Below, in pieces: positions 10,240 to 17,460 of a DNA stretch of 19,284 nt; position 1 is the first letter of the stretch, and each line of letters begins with the position of its first letter. The DNA is from a candidate division WOR-3 bacterium (lineage in GTDB: Bacteria; Hydrothermota; Hydrothermia; JBDRYB01): NCBI GenBank assembly GCA_049969615.1, contig JBMFOM010000028.1, positions 1 to 19,284 on the forward strand, in the 5' to 3' direction. A program made the position numbers and the translations under genes. The notes under the pieces were generated by a model. It saw nothing but the letters and a program-made list of their open reading frames with translations, made no database searches and was not told the origin of the DNA.

Positions 10240-11418
10240 TCAGTTCTCCTTTAGCCCCACATAGTTCATGGTCTCCGGTATCTCTTTTCTGCCGGAAGCC
10301 ATATCCAGAAGATCATTATAGACTTTCATGAAGTCCTCAGGGAAGATGTCCCTGCCACCAAAACCATAGTGATATGCTCTCAGGATGGGATGCCTGTCGT
10401 AGTGATAAAGCGCGCCCGCTATCTCGGAAAACATGGGTCCACCGTGGTTCTTGAAGGAATCAGTCCTCTCCATGATCGCAACGACCTTGTATTTACCTAG
10501 GGCCTGCCTCAGGCGCTCAACCGGAAGGGGTCTGGCGACCAGGAGCTTGATGAGGGCTACGCGCTTGCCCTCCGCGGCTAGAAAATCAACGGTTTCCTTA
10601 GCGGTTCCCGCGGCTGAACCTATTATCAGGATGGCCACATCAGCTTCCTGTGGCTCGTAAATTTCCATCCAGTCATACTTTCTGCCAAAACGTTCCGCGA
10701 ACTCCCGGTAGGCCTGGTCTATGAACATAGGGGCCTCGGCCATGCCCTGCGCGAGCTTGCGTCTGTGCTCCATGTAAGTATCCGGGAGAGAAAGATGGCC
10801 AGCCATAATCGGATGATCCGTGTCCAGAAGGTTATACAGGGGCTTTCTCTCGCCCAGGTATTTCGCTATCTCAGCCTTGTCCAGGACATCAACCGGCTCA
10901 AGGGTGTGCGAGAGTATAAAACCATCCTCGCAGACAAAGGCGGGAAGGTTGGAGAGCTCGGCCGCGCGGAGAGCTATAAAGATGTGATCGTAGAACTCCT
11001 GGACGCTCTCCCCGTAGAACTGAAGCCAGCCGGAATCGCGCGAGCCCATGGTGTCCGAGTGATCGCCGTGGATGTTTAGGGGCGAATTCAGGGCACGAGA
11101 GGCTATGACCGTGACAATGGGCAGTCTCATGGAAGAGGCTATGTAAAGCATTTCGTGCATCAACGCGAGGCCTTGCGCGGCAGTAGCGGTCATCACCCTC
11201 GCACCACACGCGGAAGCACCAATACACGCGCTCATCGCGGAGTGTTCTGATTCAACGGGAACAAACTCTGTCTGGCACTCGCCGTTGTTGACATAGTCTG
11301 AGAAGCGCTCCACAACCTGGGTGGACGGGGTTATGGGATACGCGGCCACCACATCCGGGTTTATCTGCATCATGGCATAGGCCGCGGCCTCGTTTCCAGT
11401 CATGGGTATTCTGGGCAT
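10240..11418 (-). CDS. porA: Pyruvate/2-oxoacid:ferredoxin oxidoreductase alpha subunit
   Basis: 'GNEAAA', 'AYPITPS', 'ESEHSA', 'GLALMHE', 'GFGGRD'. Start ATG 11418 (GGAGG SD, TGATG overlap with delta). Confidence 0.93.
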   Translation of the reverse strand: MPRIPMTGNEAAAYAMMQINPDVVAAYPITPSTQVVERFSDYVNNGECQTEFVPVESEHSAMSACIGASACGARVMTATAAQGLALMHEMLYIASSMRLPIVTVIASRALNSPLNIHGDHSDTMGSRDSGWLQFYGESVQEFYDHIFIALRAAELSNLPAFVCEDGFILSHTLEPVDVLDKAEIAKYLGERKPLYNLLDTDHPIMAGHLSLPDTYMEHRRKLAQGMAEAPMFIDQAYREFAERFGRKYDWMEIYEPQEADVAILIIGSAAGTAKETVDFLAAEGKRVALIKLLVARPLPVERLRQALGKYKVVAIMERTDSFKNHGGPMFSEIAGALYHYDRHPILRAYHYGFGGRDIFPEDFMKVYNDLLDMASGRKEIPETMNYVGLKEN

Positions 11419-11699
11419 CACTTCACCTCCTGGACTATATCTATGGCCTTGCACTTGTCAGGGCAGACCTCAGCGCATATGCCACAGCCCTTGCAGTAGT
11501 CATAGTCTATCCCGATCATCTTGTCTTCCTTGACGATAATGCAGGAGTCCGGACAAAAAAGCCAGCAGAAGAGACAGTGATTACACCGCTCCTCGTGCCA
11601 TATGGGCTTTCTCGTGCGCCAATCACCCGTCTTGATTGCCTTGGAAGTGCAGGGCTCAGGGATGAAGGGCGCGGGTTCAAGTTCCTTCCAGCTCTTCAT
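11418..11699 (-). CDS. porD: POR delta subunit (2x[4Fe-4S] ferredoxin-like)
   Basis: 'TGDWR', CxxCxxCxxxCP twice, 'DYDYCKGCGIC'. Confidence 0.93.
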   Translation of the reverse strand: MKSWKELEPAPFIPEPCTSKAIKTGDWRTRKPIWHEERCNHCLFCWLFCPDSCIIVKEDKMIGIDYDYCKGCGICAEVCPDKCKAIDIVQEVK

Positions 11700-12274
11700 A
11701 TCTCCTTCACCTCCTCATATGCCTTCCTCAGGGCAGTGAGGTTTTCGTTCACGACCTTTTCGCCCTTGAGCCTGAACCTGGCCACTAAGGCCTCCTCAAG
11801 GGCATCAATGGGCAACAGGTCACCAAGAACCCTTGACACCGCGCCCACTATTGGGGTGTTGGGGATGTTCCTGCCAAATGAGGCAAGAGCTATTCCAGAG
11901 GCATCAACCGAGAAAAGCCTTCTGCCATTGACCTTTATTTTCTTCCTCAGATCATCAGCAGGAAGGACTGAATTGACCAGGATGATGCCGTTTGGTGCAA
12001 GCCCTTCCAGAACATCCGGGGAATCAATAAATCCGGAGTCAATAACCACGACCATATCCGGTTCGGTTATGCCTGAGCGGAGGCGGATTGACTTGTCGGA
12101 TATACGGTTGAATGCCCTTACGGGCGCGCCACGGCGCTCAGGCCCAAACTCAGGGATGGCCTGGACGAACTTGCCTCTTCTAACAAGGGCATCGGCAACG
12201 AGTAGGGCCGCTGTCACGGTTCCCATTCCTCCCCGGCCGTGCCACCTTATTTCGTATAATCCTTTGACCTTCAA
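11696..12274 (-). CDS. porC: POR gamma subunit
   Basis: 'EIRWHGRGGMG', 'FGPERRGAPV', 'IPNT', 'EN..AL..AY'. TTG start after an AAGGAGG SD. Also called porG. Confidence 0.92.
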   Translation of the reverse strand: MKVKGLYEIRWHGRGGMGTVTAALLVADALVRRGKFVQAIPEFGPERRGAPVRAFNRISDKSIRLRSGITEPDMVVVIDSGFIDSPDVLEGLAPNGIILVNSVLPADDLRKKIKVNGRRLFSVDASGIALASFGRNIPNTPIVGAVSRVLGDLLPIDALEEALVARFRLKGEKVVNENLTALRKAYEEVKEI

Positions 12275-12312
12275 GGTAGTTGCCTCCTTAAAGATGGGAA
12301 AGCTAAGATCAT

Positions 12313-12342
12313 ATTATATGGCCAGAAGTTTCCATGAAACAA
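12313..12342 (-). promoter_or_regulatory. Putative sigma70 promoter of the por operon
   Basis: Minus strand TTGTTT-18 nt-TATAAT, ending about 40 nt before the TTG start. Confidence 0.5.
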
Positions 12343-12360
12343 ACCGCGCGAACCCCATGC

Positions 12361-12390
12361 TTGAATTAGTTTAGTGTCAGGTGTTACAAT
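12361..12390 (+). promoter_or_regulatory. Putative sigma70 promoter of the FmdE-family pseudogene
   Basis: TTGAAT-18 nt-TACAAT with a TGn extension; ATG 6 nt downstream at 12397. Confidence 0.6.
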
Positions 12391-12396
12391 ATGTCA

Positions 12397-12856
12397 ATGC
12401 GGTGGCACACAACTGATCCGGATTTCTGGTTGACAATAGAGGGCCTTGAGAGGGCAACTTCGTTTTACGGCCACATGGGATCGTTCCTGATAGTTGGACT
12501 CAGGATGGGCGCGCTGATTCTCAGAGAACTTAAAACCGTGGGCCATTGGGCCGCTTAAGATACGTTGTTTCGCGGCAAGACCGCCGGTCTCCTGTTTCGT
12601 TGATGGGCTTCAGCTCTCAACCGGTTGCACGTTTGACAAAGGCAATATATCAACGGAGGACCAGGACAGGTGCGGGGTAATGGCAGAGCTTGAGAATGAA
12701 CGCGGTGTATTGGTTATGACCGTGAGGCTAAGGGATGAAGTAAGGCAGAGGATAGAATCCTCCTTTGGTTAGTGCGAGGAGGTGGAGGCCGAGATTGAGA
12801 ATTATCTCTTGGTTGCTCCGGATGACGAACTCTTCCGGGCGATCAGAGAGTCCTAG
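12397..12856 (+). pseudogene. FmdE/FwdE-family metal-binding protein pseudogene
   Basis: Manual translation gives 'ERATSFYGHMGSFLIVGLRMG', then after a frameshift near 12550 'RPPVSCFVDGLQLSTGCTFDKGNI', an in-frame TAG at 12770-12772 and the end 'PDDELFRAIRES*'. This matches the FmdE pattern FHGHxxP...GxRxG...SCxxDGxQxxTGCTxGKGN. Confidence 0.85.
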
Positions 12857-12857
12857 G

Positions 12858-14179
12858 CTATTTCTCCAAAAGCTTCCTGACCATCGCGAGGTTCAGTCTA
12901 TCGGTTTCCGCGAACTTCATGGCCCCGTAGGAATTATCAAAAGCAAGGCCGCCGACATATTCCAGAAACAGCCTTACATCCTTGTCATTTGGAACTTTGC
13001 CTTTCTTTACCAGTAGAAGTCCCTCAATGGCGCGCAGGTAATTCCGTTGTTTCCTGCCCTCAAACCTGAGGAGCATGTAGTCCGGAATCTCTTCCCCGTA
13101 ACGAATATAATAGGTTATGTCCCCGGACTCGTAATACCAGGGGAAGAGGAACAGGGGCACCAGCTCAAGAAACCCGTTTTCTCTCAGGGCCATTTCGGTC
13201 TTTTTAATCCTGGAAAGCTCATCATTCAGGTATTGGAGGGCTTTTTTCTCCTTTTTGGTTAGGGGGAAATTGGCCGTATCCGGAACATATTCCCTGAAAG
13301 CCCTAGCCAGGAAAGTGTCCACGGGTTCCCTGCCCTGCCTCTTTTCCAGGATTGCCGAGAGGAAAAGCAAACCGGCCTTCCTGGGACACGGCGTGCCCGA
13401 CGGCCAAATGAGATCGTATTCCTTCGGATTCTCGCTGAATTCCTGGGCCAGGCCATCCAGCATTTCAGGCGGGAACTGGCCGGGCAGGCTGCTCCAGTCA
13501 AGTCCCTGGACAGAAACCTTGAAATCCTCTGATGGCTCCCAGTTCTTGAATTTCCAGGTTACCCACCCGTCAGTGAGAACATAGCCTGATGGTCCTATGA
13601 CCCAGGGATAGACTGCTTGCCAGTCATAGGGGCCAGGCTGGGGTAATTCCTGGGGAATCTGAAATCGGAAAACAGCGGAGTCCATCTTCCCTGTCCAGGC
13701 CGCGCCAGTAGTCGCTATGTATCCCAGAGTATATGAGAAGCTCAGGGGCTCGACATTCCGGATCCAAGAGATGTTATACTCGCAAGACAGCTTTTTTTCT
13801 CGCCCGGCTCCATAGTTATTTTGGAGATATAGACCACCGTTTCTGATCCAGTGTCCTGGGAGAGCACAGCTGGTATCTCCACCCCGTCTAGGTATGCCTT
13901 GTAGGAAAGCTTGCCGGCCGCGGGCTCCGGTTTACCCGATGACAGGTCAAACCACTTGTTCCTGAAGGGAAAACCAACAGTGAGGGTTGTCTTTTCGGAT
14001 GTGAGGTTCTCAAGGGTAAACCGGGCATTGAACTTCATAAGCCAACCCTCAAGTATTCTCGCCTCAACAATCTCGGAAACCAGTCTTACCCTGGTTTCTC
14101 CTAGGGGTTTAACCGACGCGCCATCGGGCGCAACCTCATAGACCGAATAGTTTGAGATGAGGTATAAGAGCCAGATCAT
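12858..14179 (-). pseudogene. Frameshifted DUF4424-like exported protein (about 440 aa if repaired)
   Basis: ORF 13742-14179 ('RLVSEIV...FTLENLT...LTVGFP') joins ORF 12858-13685 if the A7 run (plus strand 13792-13798) is A8. The bridge reads 'EKKKLSCEYNISW...YTLGYIATTGAAWTGKMDSAVF', restoring a Y-x-x-x-TGA-x-W-x-G type motif. The family name is from motif memory. It could be an intact gene with a sequencing indel. Confidence 0.7.
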
Positions 14180-15006
14180 TTCCTTATCACGGTCCTTGAT
14201 AACCTACCCCTTCCGTAATCTAGCGCAAGGACATAGACTCCAGGCCTGAGCTCGGGGCCAAGCCAGATCGTTCCCTTGCCTTGGCCTTGCCACAGATCCT
14301 GAACCAGCGCGCCCTGTGAGTTGTAGAGACAAAGCCTGGCTTCCGAGGGCGCGTTCAGATCAACCCTGCATGAAGACGAGAACGCGGATGGCCAGGCCGA
14401 GAGGGTTGCTATTGGAAGTCCCGCGCCCTCCTCCAGCTCAAGGGGTATGTTGGCTATGATGCTTATGTCGTCTATGTAGGTTGAGTCGTCAGCCGGATCG
14501 GATGACCAGAAACCCCATATCCTCAGGCCTGAGAGCTGTTTGCCCATGGTGAGCCAGCTAGTTATGTTCCACTGCCGCCAGAGTGTGTCAGGAAAGACCA
14601 CATCATCGTAGTAGCTCGCATCAGAATACATCAGGTCAAAGGCCTGGAGATAAGCGGGCTTGTTCGGTGGAGCCTGTCTGCTCCAGATGGTTATGGATAT
14701 AATGCTCTCCACAGGTATGGGTTGGGCAAAGTCCTGTCTTATCCAGTAGTTGCCGGTGTCCGTCGCACAATATGTCCCGGAGTGAGGAAATATGGTCGTG
14801 ATTACCCAGTGGTTTCCTGGTCCTTGATACCATGGCGCCAAGGCGCCGGTCTCAAACCCTGTGTTCTGCAGGAGCTCTTGGGGTGGCGGAAAGGTTTGGG
14901 CGCCCGGCTCGTTGGTAGGGACGGGCATGATCTGACCCGTGCCCATATCAACGGTAAAGCCACCGCTCTGGACTATCTGGCCCGCCAAAATCAAAGTCAT
15001 GAACAT
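14176..15006 (-). CDS. Secreted protein with CBM4/9-like beta-sandwich domain and a T9SS type-A-like C-terminal sorting domain
   Basis: 'LLQNTGFETG.LAPW...HSGTY...YIDDISI' is a galactose-binding-like fold pattern. The tail 'LEE...LSAWPSAF...LCLYNSQGALV...LRPGVYVL...RTVIRK' follows the YPNP / IYxxxG / GxYx / K CTD pattern. Strong AAGGGAGG SD. Confidence 0.75.
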   Translation of the reverse strand: MFMTLILAGQIVQSGGFTVDMGTGQIMPVPTNEPGAQTFPPPQELLQNTGFETGALAPWYQGPGNHWVITTIFPHSGTYCATDTGNYWIRQDFAQPIPVESIISITIWSRQAPPNKPAYLQAFDLMYSDASYYDDVVFPDTLWRQWNITSWLTMGKQLSGLRIWGFWSSDPADDSTYIDDISIIANIPLELEEGAGLPIATLSAWPSAFSSSCRVDLNAPSEARLCLYNSQGALVQDLWQGQGKGTIWLGPELRPGVYVLALDYGRGRLSRTVIRK

Positions 15007-15028
15007 TCTTTACCTCCCTTGTTATTAA

Positions 15029-15058
15029 ATTATACAGCGTACCATTTACCATAGGCAA
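15029..15058 (-). promoter_or_regulatory. Putative sigma70 promoter for the CTD protein and DUF4424-like pair
   Basis: Minus strand TTGCCT-18 nt-TATAAT just upstream of the SD. Confidence 0.55.
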
Positions 15059-15070
15059 AATAAAATTCTC

Positions 15071-15300
15071 CTCACCCGACCCACTTTCAACCCCTCCTAG
15101 GTCCTTGACCGTCAAGGAGTTCGGCGAAAGTGCCGATGGCTCTGGGACTTAGCGAGGCAGGATTGGGGAATATGGAGAATATGCTGATTTTCAGCAAAAT
15201 CCGGATCCCAGATCGTCAAGGCCGGGGCCGAAAAGGGCCGGATTCCGGCCTGAACTCGGCCGTGGGAGGGAATGAACCTTGAGACCCTGAGAAGGGTGAG
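15071..15300 (+). ncRNA. Candidate structured RNA or element of unknown class
   Basis: Nested helices found by eye: 15071-77/15294-300, 15092-103/15258-70, 15117-24/15250-57 and 15135-47/15206-17, plus side hairpins. The non-Watson-Crick pairs are G-U on the plus strand. No family recognised. Confidence 0.4.
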
Positions 15301-15543
15301 AGACCCAAAGGTGAGAAGAGGCCCTGTCCTCCTCATCAAAGGCCGTGCCTTCAATCCATAAAGGGCTGAGATGTGTCAGGTGAGGCTGGGTTTCCAACAA
15401 TACCTTCTCCTTGAACCGGGGGAATATTTTTCATCCATCCCCGTGTCCCTGGGCCACTGCGGCCCCAAGGGTTTCAGAGCTTTTGCTTGTTGGACAAGGG
15501 ATTCAGGGGAAAAGAAAGCGTGAGATCTTAGACACACGAATAT

Positions 15544-15572
15544 TTGATCCTGCACGGGGGGTGAGTTATAAT
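15544..15572 (+). promoter_or_regulatory. Putative sigma70 promoter for GT2-yajC-def
   Basis: TTGATC-17 nt-TATAAT, followed by an AAGGGAG SD and ATG 15597. Confidence 0.7.
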
Positions 15573-15596
15573 TTGTTCCTTCAGAAGGGAGTAACC

Positions 15597-17087
15597 ATGA
15601 ACGAGGTGGTTCTCGTAGTCTACATTATTATCCTGAGCTTTCTGGTAGCCTTCTCTTTCAGGGCCTTTTGGCTATACTACCTCTACAGGAAACACAGGGG
15701 ATCATGGCGGACTCGGACTCCTGAACAGCTTGACGAATGGCCTCGTGTCTGTGTTCAACTGCCCATGTATAACGAGTATACGGTTGCCGAGAGAATAATC
15801 AGGGCCGCGGCCGCTCTTGATTATCCGAGAGACAAGCTGGAAATACAGGTGCTTGATGATTCCGATGACGAGACCGTGGATCTGGTTAGGAAGGTTGTCT
15901 CGGAGCTTGCGGCTGGTGGTCTGAACATAAGGCTCGTTCATAGGGGTTCCCGCGAGGGATACAAGGCTGGCGCGCTCAAGCACGGACTCTCGCTTTCGGA
16001 TGCGGAGCTCTTCGCGGTGTTTGACGCTGACTTTCTCCCTCCCCGTGATTTTCTCAGAAAGACGGTTCCCCATTTTCAGGATCCCGATATAGGTGCTGTT
16101 CAGACCCGCTGGGGATACGCCAATGATCTCTCTTCTCCTCTCGCTATGTTACAGGCTGTTGTCCTAGATGGGCATTTTGTGGTTGAACAATTCGTCAGGA
16201 ACCGGGAGGGCCTGTTTATGATATTCAACGGCACCGGCGGAATATGGAGGGCCAAGGCGATCAGGGACGCGGGTGGCTGGGAATCGGACACCATAACTGA
16301 GGACGCTGATCTCTCATACAGGGCGCAATTGGCTGGCTATAGGATCCTTTATCTGCCGGATGTGGTCTGCCCATCAGAACTGCCCCTGGATGTTAATGCT
16401 CTCAAATCCCAGCAAAGGAGGTGGACAAAGGGCGGGGTTCAGACAATGCGCAAGATACTGCCGAGGGTCATGTCCGCGAAGCTACCATTCAAGGTGAAAC
16501 TGGAGGCCTTCTTTCACCTTTCGGGCAACCTGGCCTATCCCGCGATGCTCGTTCTGGCATGTCTCACGCTCCCGGTCCTGCTCATAAAGACCTTCTCTGA
16601 TTCCTACAACTGGTATTTTGCCCTGGCTGGATGCTTCATAGTCGGCGCGTTCGGATTTCCTCTGCTCTACATTACTGCCCTCCGGGATGTTTATCCGGAC
16701 TGGACCAAAAGGGCCTGGTTCGTTCCGTTCATGATGTCCCTTGCCATGGGTATCTCGCTCAATAACGCGGCCGCGGCCATGGAGGGACTCTTCAAAAACG
16801 GGGGGGTTTTTGCGCGGACCCCAAAATGGGGAACCAGCAATGCCGGCCTTTACAAGCTCGCCGAGCGCAGGAGCCAGGCCATCTGTGAGATAATTCTGGG
16901 CATATACATGCTCGCTACATACATCTATTGCATAATAATGACCCAGCTCATCCTTGTGCCTTTTGTCGGACTCTATGCCATTGGTTTCCTGACCACCGGA
17001 TTCCACTCATACCTCTCAACGCGTCAGGCCGAGGCTCTAGTCCGCGATGGGCTCAGGGTAATCCACCAGACAGGAGAAAAAAGATGA
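15597..17087 (+). CDS. Membrane-embedded GT2 glycosyltransferase (cellulose-synthase-like, CESA/CslA-like subfamily)
   Basis: 'VQLPMYNE', 'QVLDDSDD', 'GYKAGAL', 'FDADF', 'FNGTGG', 'TEDADL', 'QQRRW' (D,D,D,QxxRW); N- and C-terminal TM helices. Start at ATG 15597. Confidence 0.92.
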   Translation: MNEVVLVVYIIILSFLVAFSFRAFWLYYLYRKHRGSWRTRTPEQLDEWPRVCVQLPMYNEYTVAERIIRAAAALDYPRDKLEIQVLDDSDDETVDLVRKVVSELAAGGLNIRLVHRGSREGYKAGALKHGLSLSDAELFAVFDADFLPPRDFLRKTVPHFQDPDIGAVQTRWGYANDLSSPLAMLQAVVLDGHFVVEQFVRNREGLFMIFNGTGGIWRAKAIRDAGGWESDTITEDADLSYRAQLAGYRILYLPDVVCPSELPLDVNALKSQQRRWTKGGVQTMRKILPRVMSAKLPFKVKLEAFFHLSGNLAYPAMLVLACLTLPVLLIKTFSDSYNWYFALAGCFIVGAFGFPLLYITALRDVYPDWTKRAWFVPFMMSLAMGISLNNAAAAMEGLFKNGGVFARTPKWGTSNAGLYKLAERRSQAICEIILGIYMLATYIYCIIMTQLILVPFVGLYAIGFLTTGFHSYLSTRQAEALVRDGLRVIHQTGEKR

Positions 17088-17422
17088 TTGAACTTATAAA
17101 CATCCTTTTGTCCCAACAGCAAGGCAGTGGCAATACAGGGAACACCACCGGTGGTGCTGGCAACCTGCTTTCGCTCATACTGCCTTTCGTTATCCTGATA
17201 GCGGTCTTTTACTTCTTCATAATACTGCCCCAGTCAAGGGAAAAGAAGAAGCGTCAGAAGATGCTTGATGCAATGAAGAAGGGGGACACTGTGACAACCT
17301 CCGGAGGCCTCATAGGTGTCATACAAAAGATAGAGGATGACATAGTGACCCTGAAGGTCTCCGAGGGGACAAACCTGAGGGTAGAGAAATGGGCCGTGAC
17401 TCGGGTCCACGACGAACAGTAG
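17084..17422 (+). CDS. yajC: Preprotein translocase subunit YajC
   Basis: 'FYFFIILPQ..KK...ML..MKKGD.V.TSGGL.G'. AGGAG SD and ATGA overlap with the GT2 stop. Confidence 0.95.
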   Translation: MIELINILLSQQQGSGNTGNTTGGAGNLLSLILPFVILIAVFYFFIILPQSREKKKRQKMLDAMKKGDTVTTSGGLIGVIQKIEDDIVTLKVSEGTNLRVEKWAVTRVHDEQ

Positions 17423-17460
17423 GTGCCGCGGAAAAGAAGAGATGCCCGGCCAGTGAGAGC

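Noticed and set aside
15089-15400. Minus-strand ORFs 15112-15354 and 15191-15400, and a third-frame 'SIFPNPA...ELLDGQG' resembling a CTD remnant
   Set aside because: No coherent protein can be assembled and the similarity is only a few residues. It is kept only as an alternative explanation for the structured region.
15345-15430. TPP-riboswitch-like words (GTGCC...GCTGAGA...ATACC...TTGAACC)
   Set aside because: The downstream CUGAU...UAAU...GCGUAGG half and a P1 stem are missing, and the downstream gene is unrelated to thiamine.
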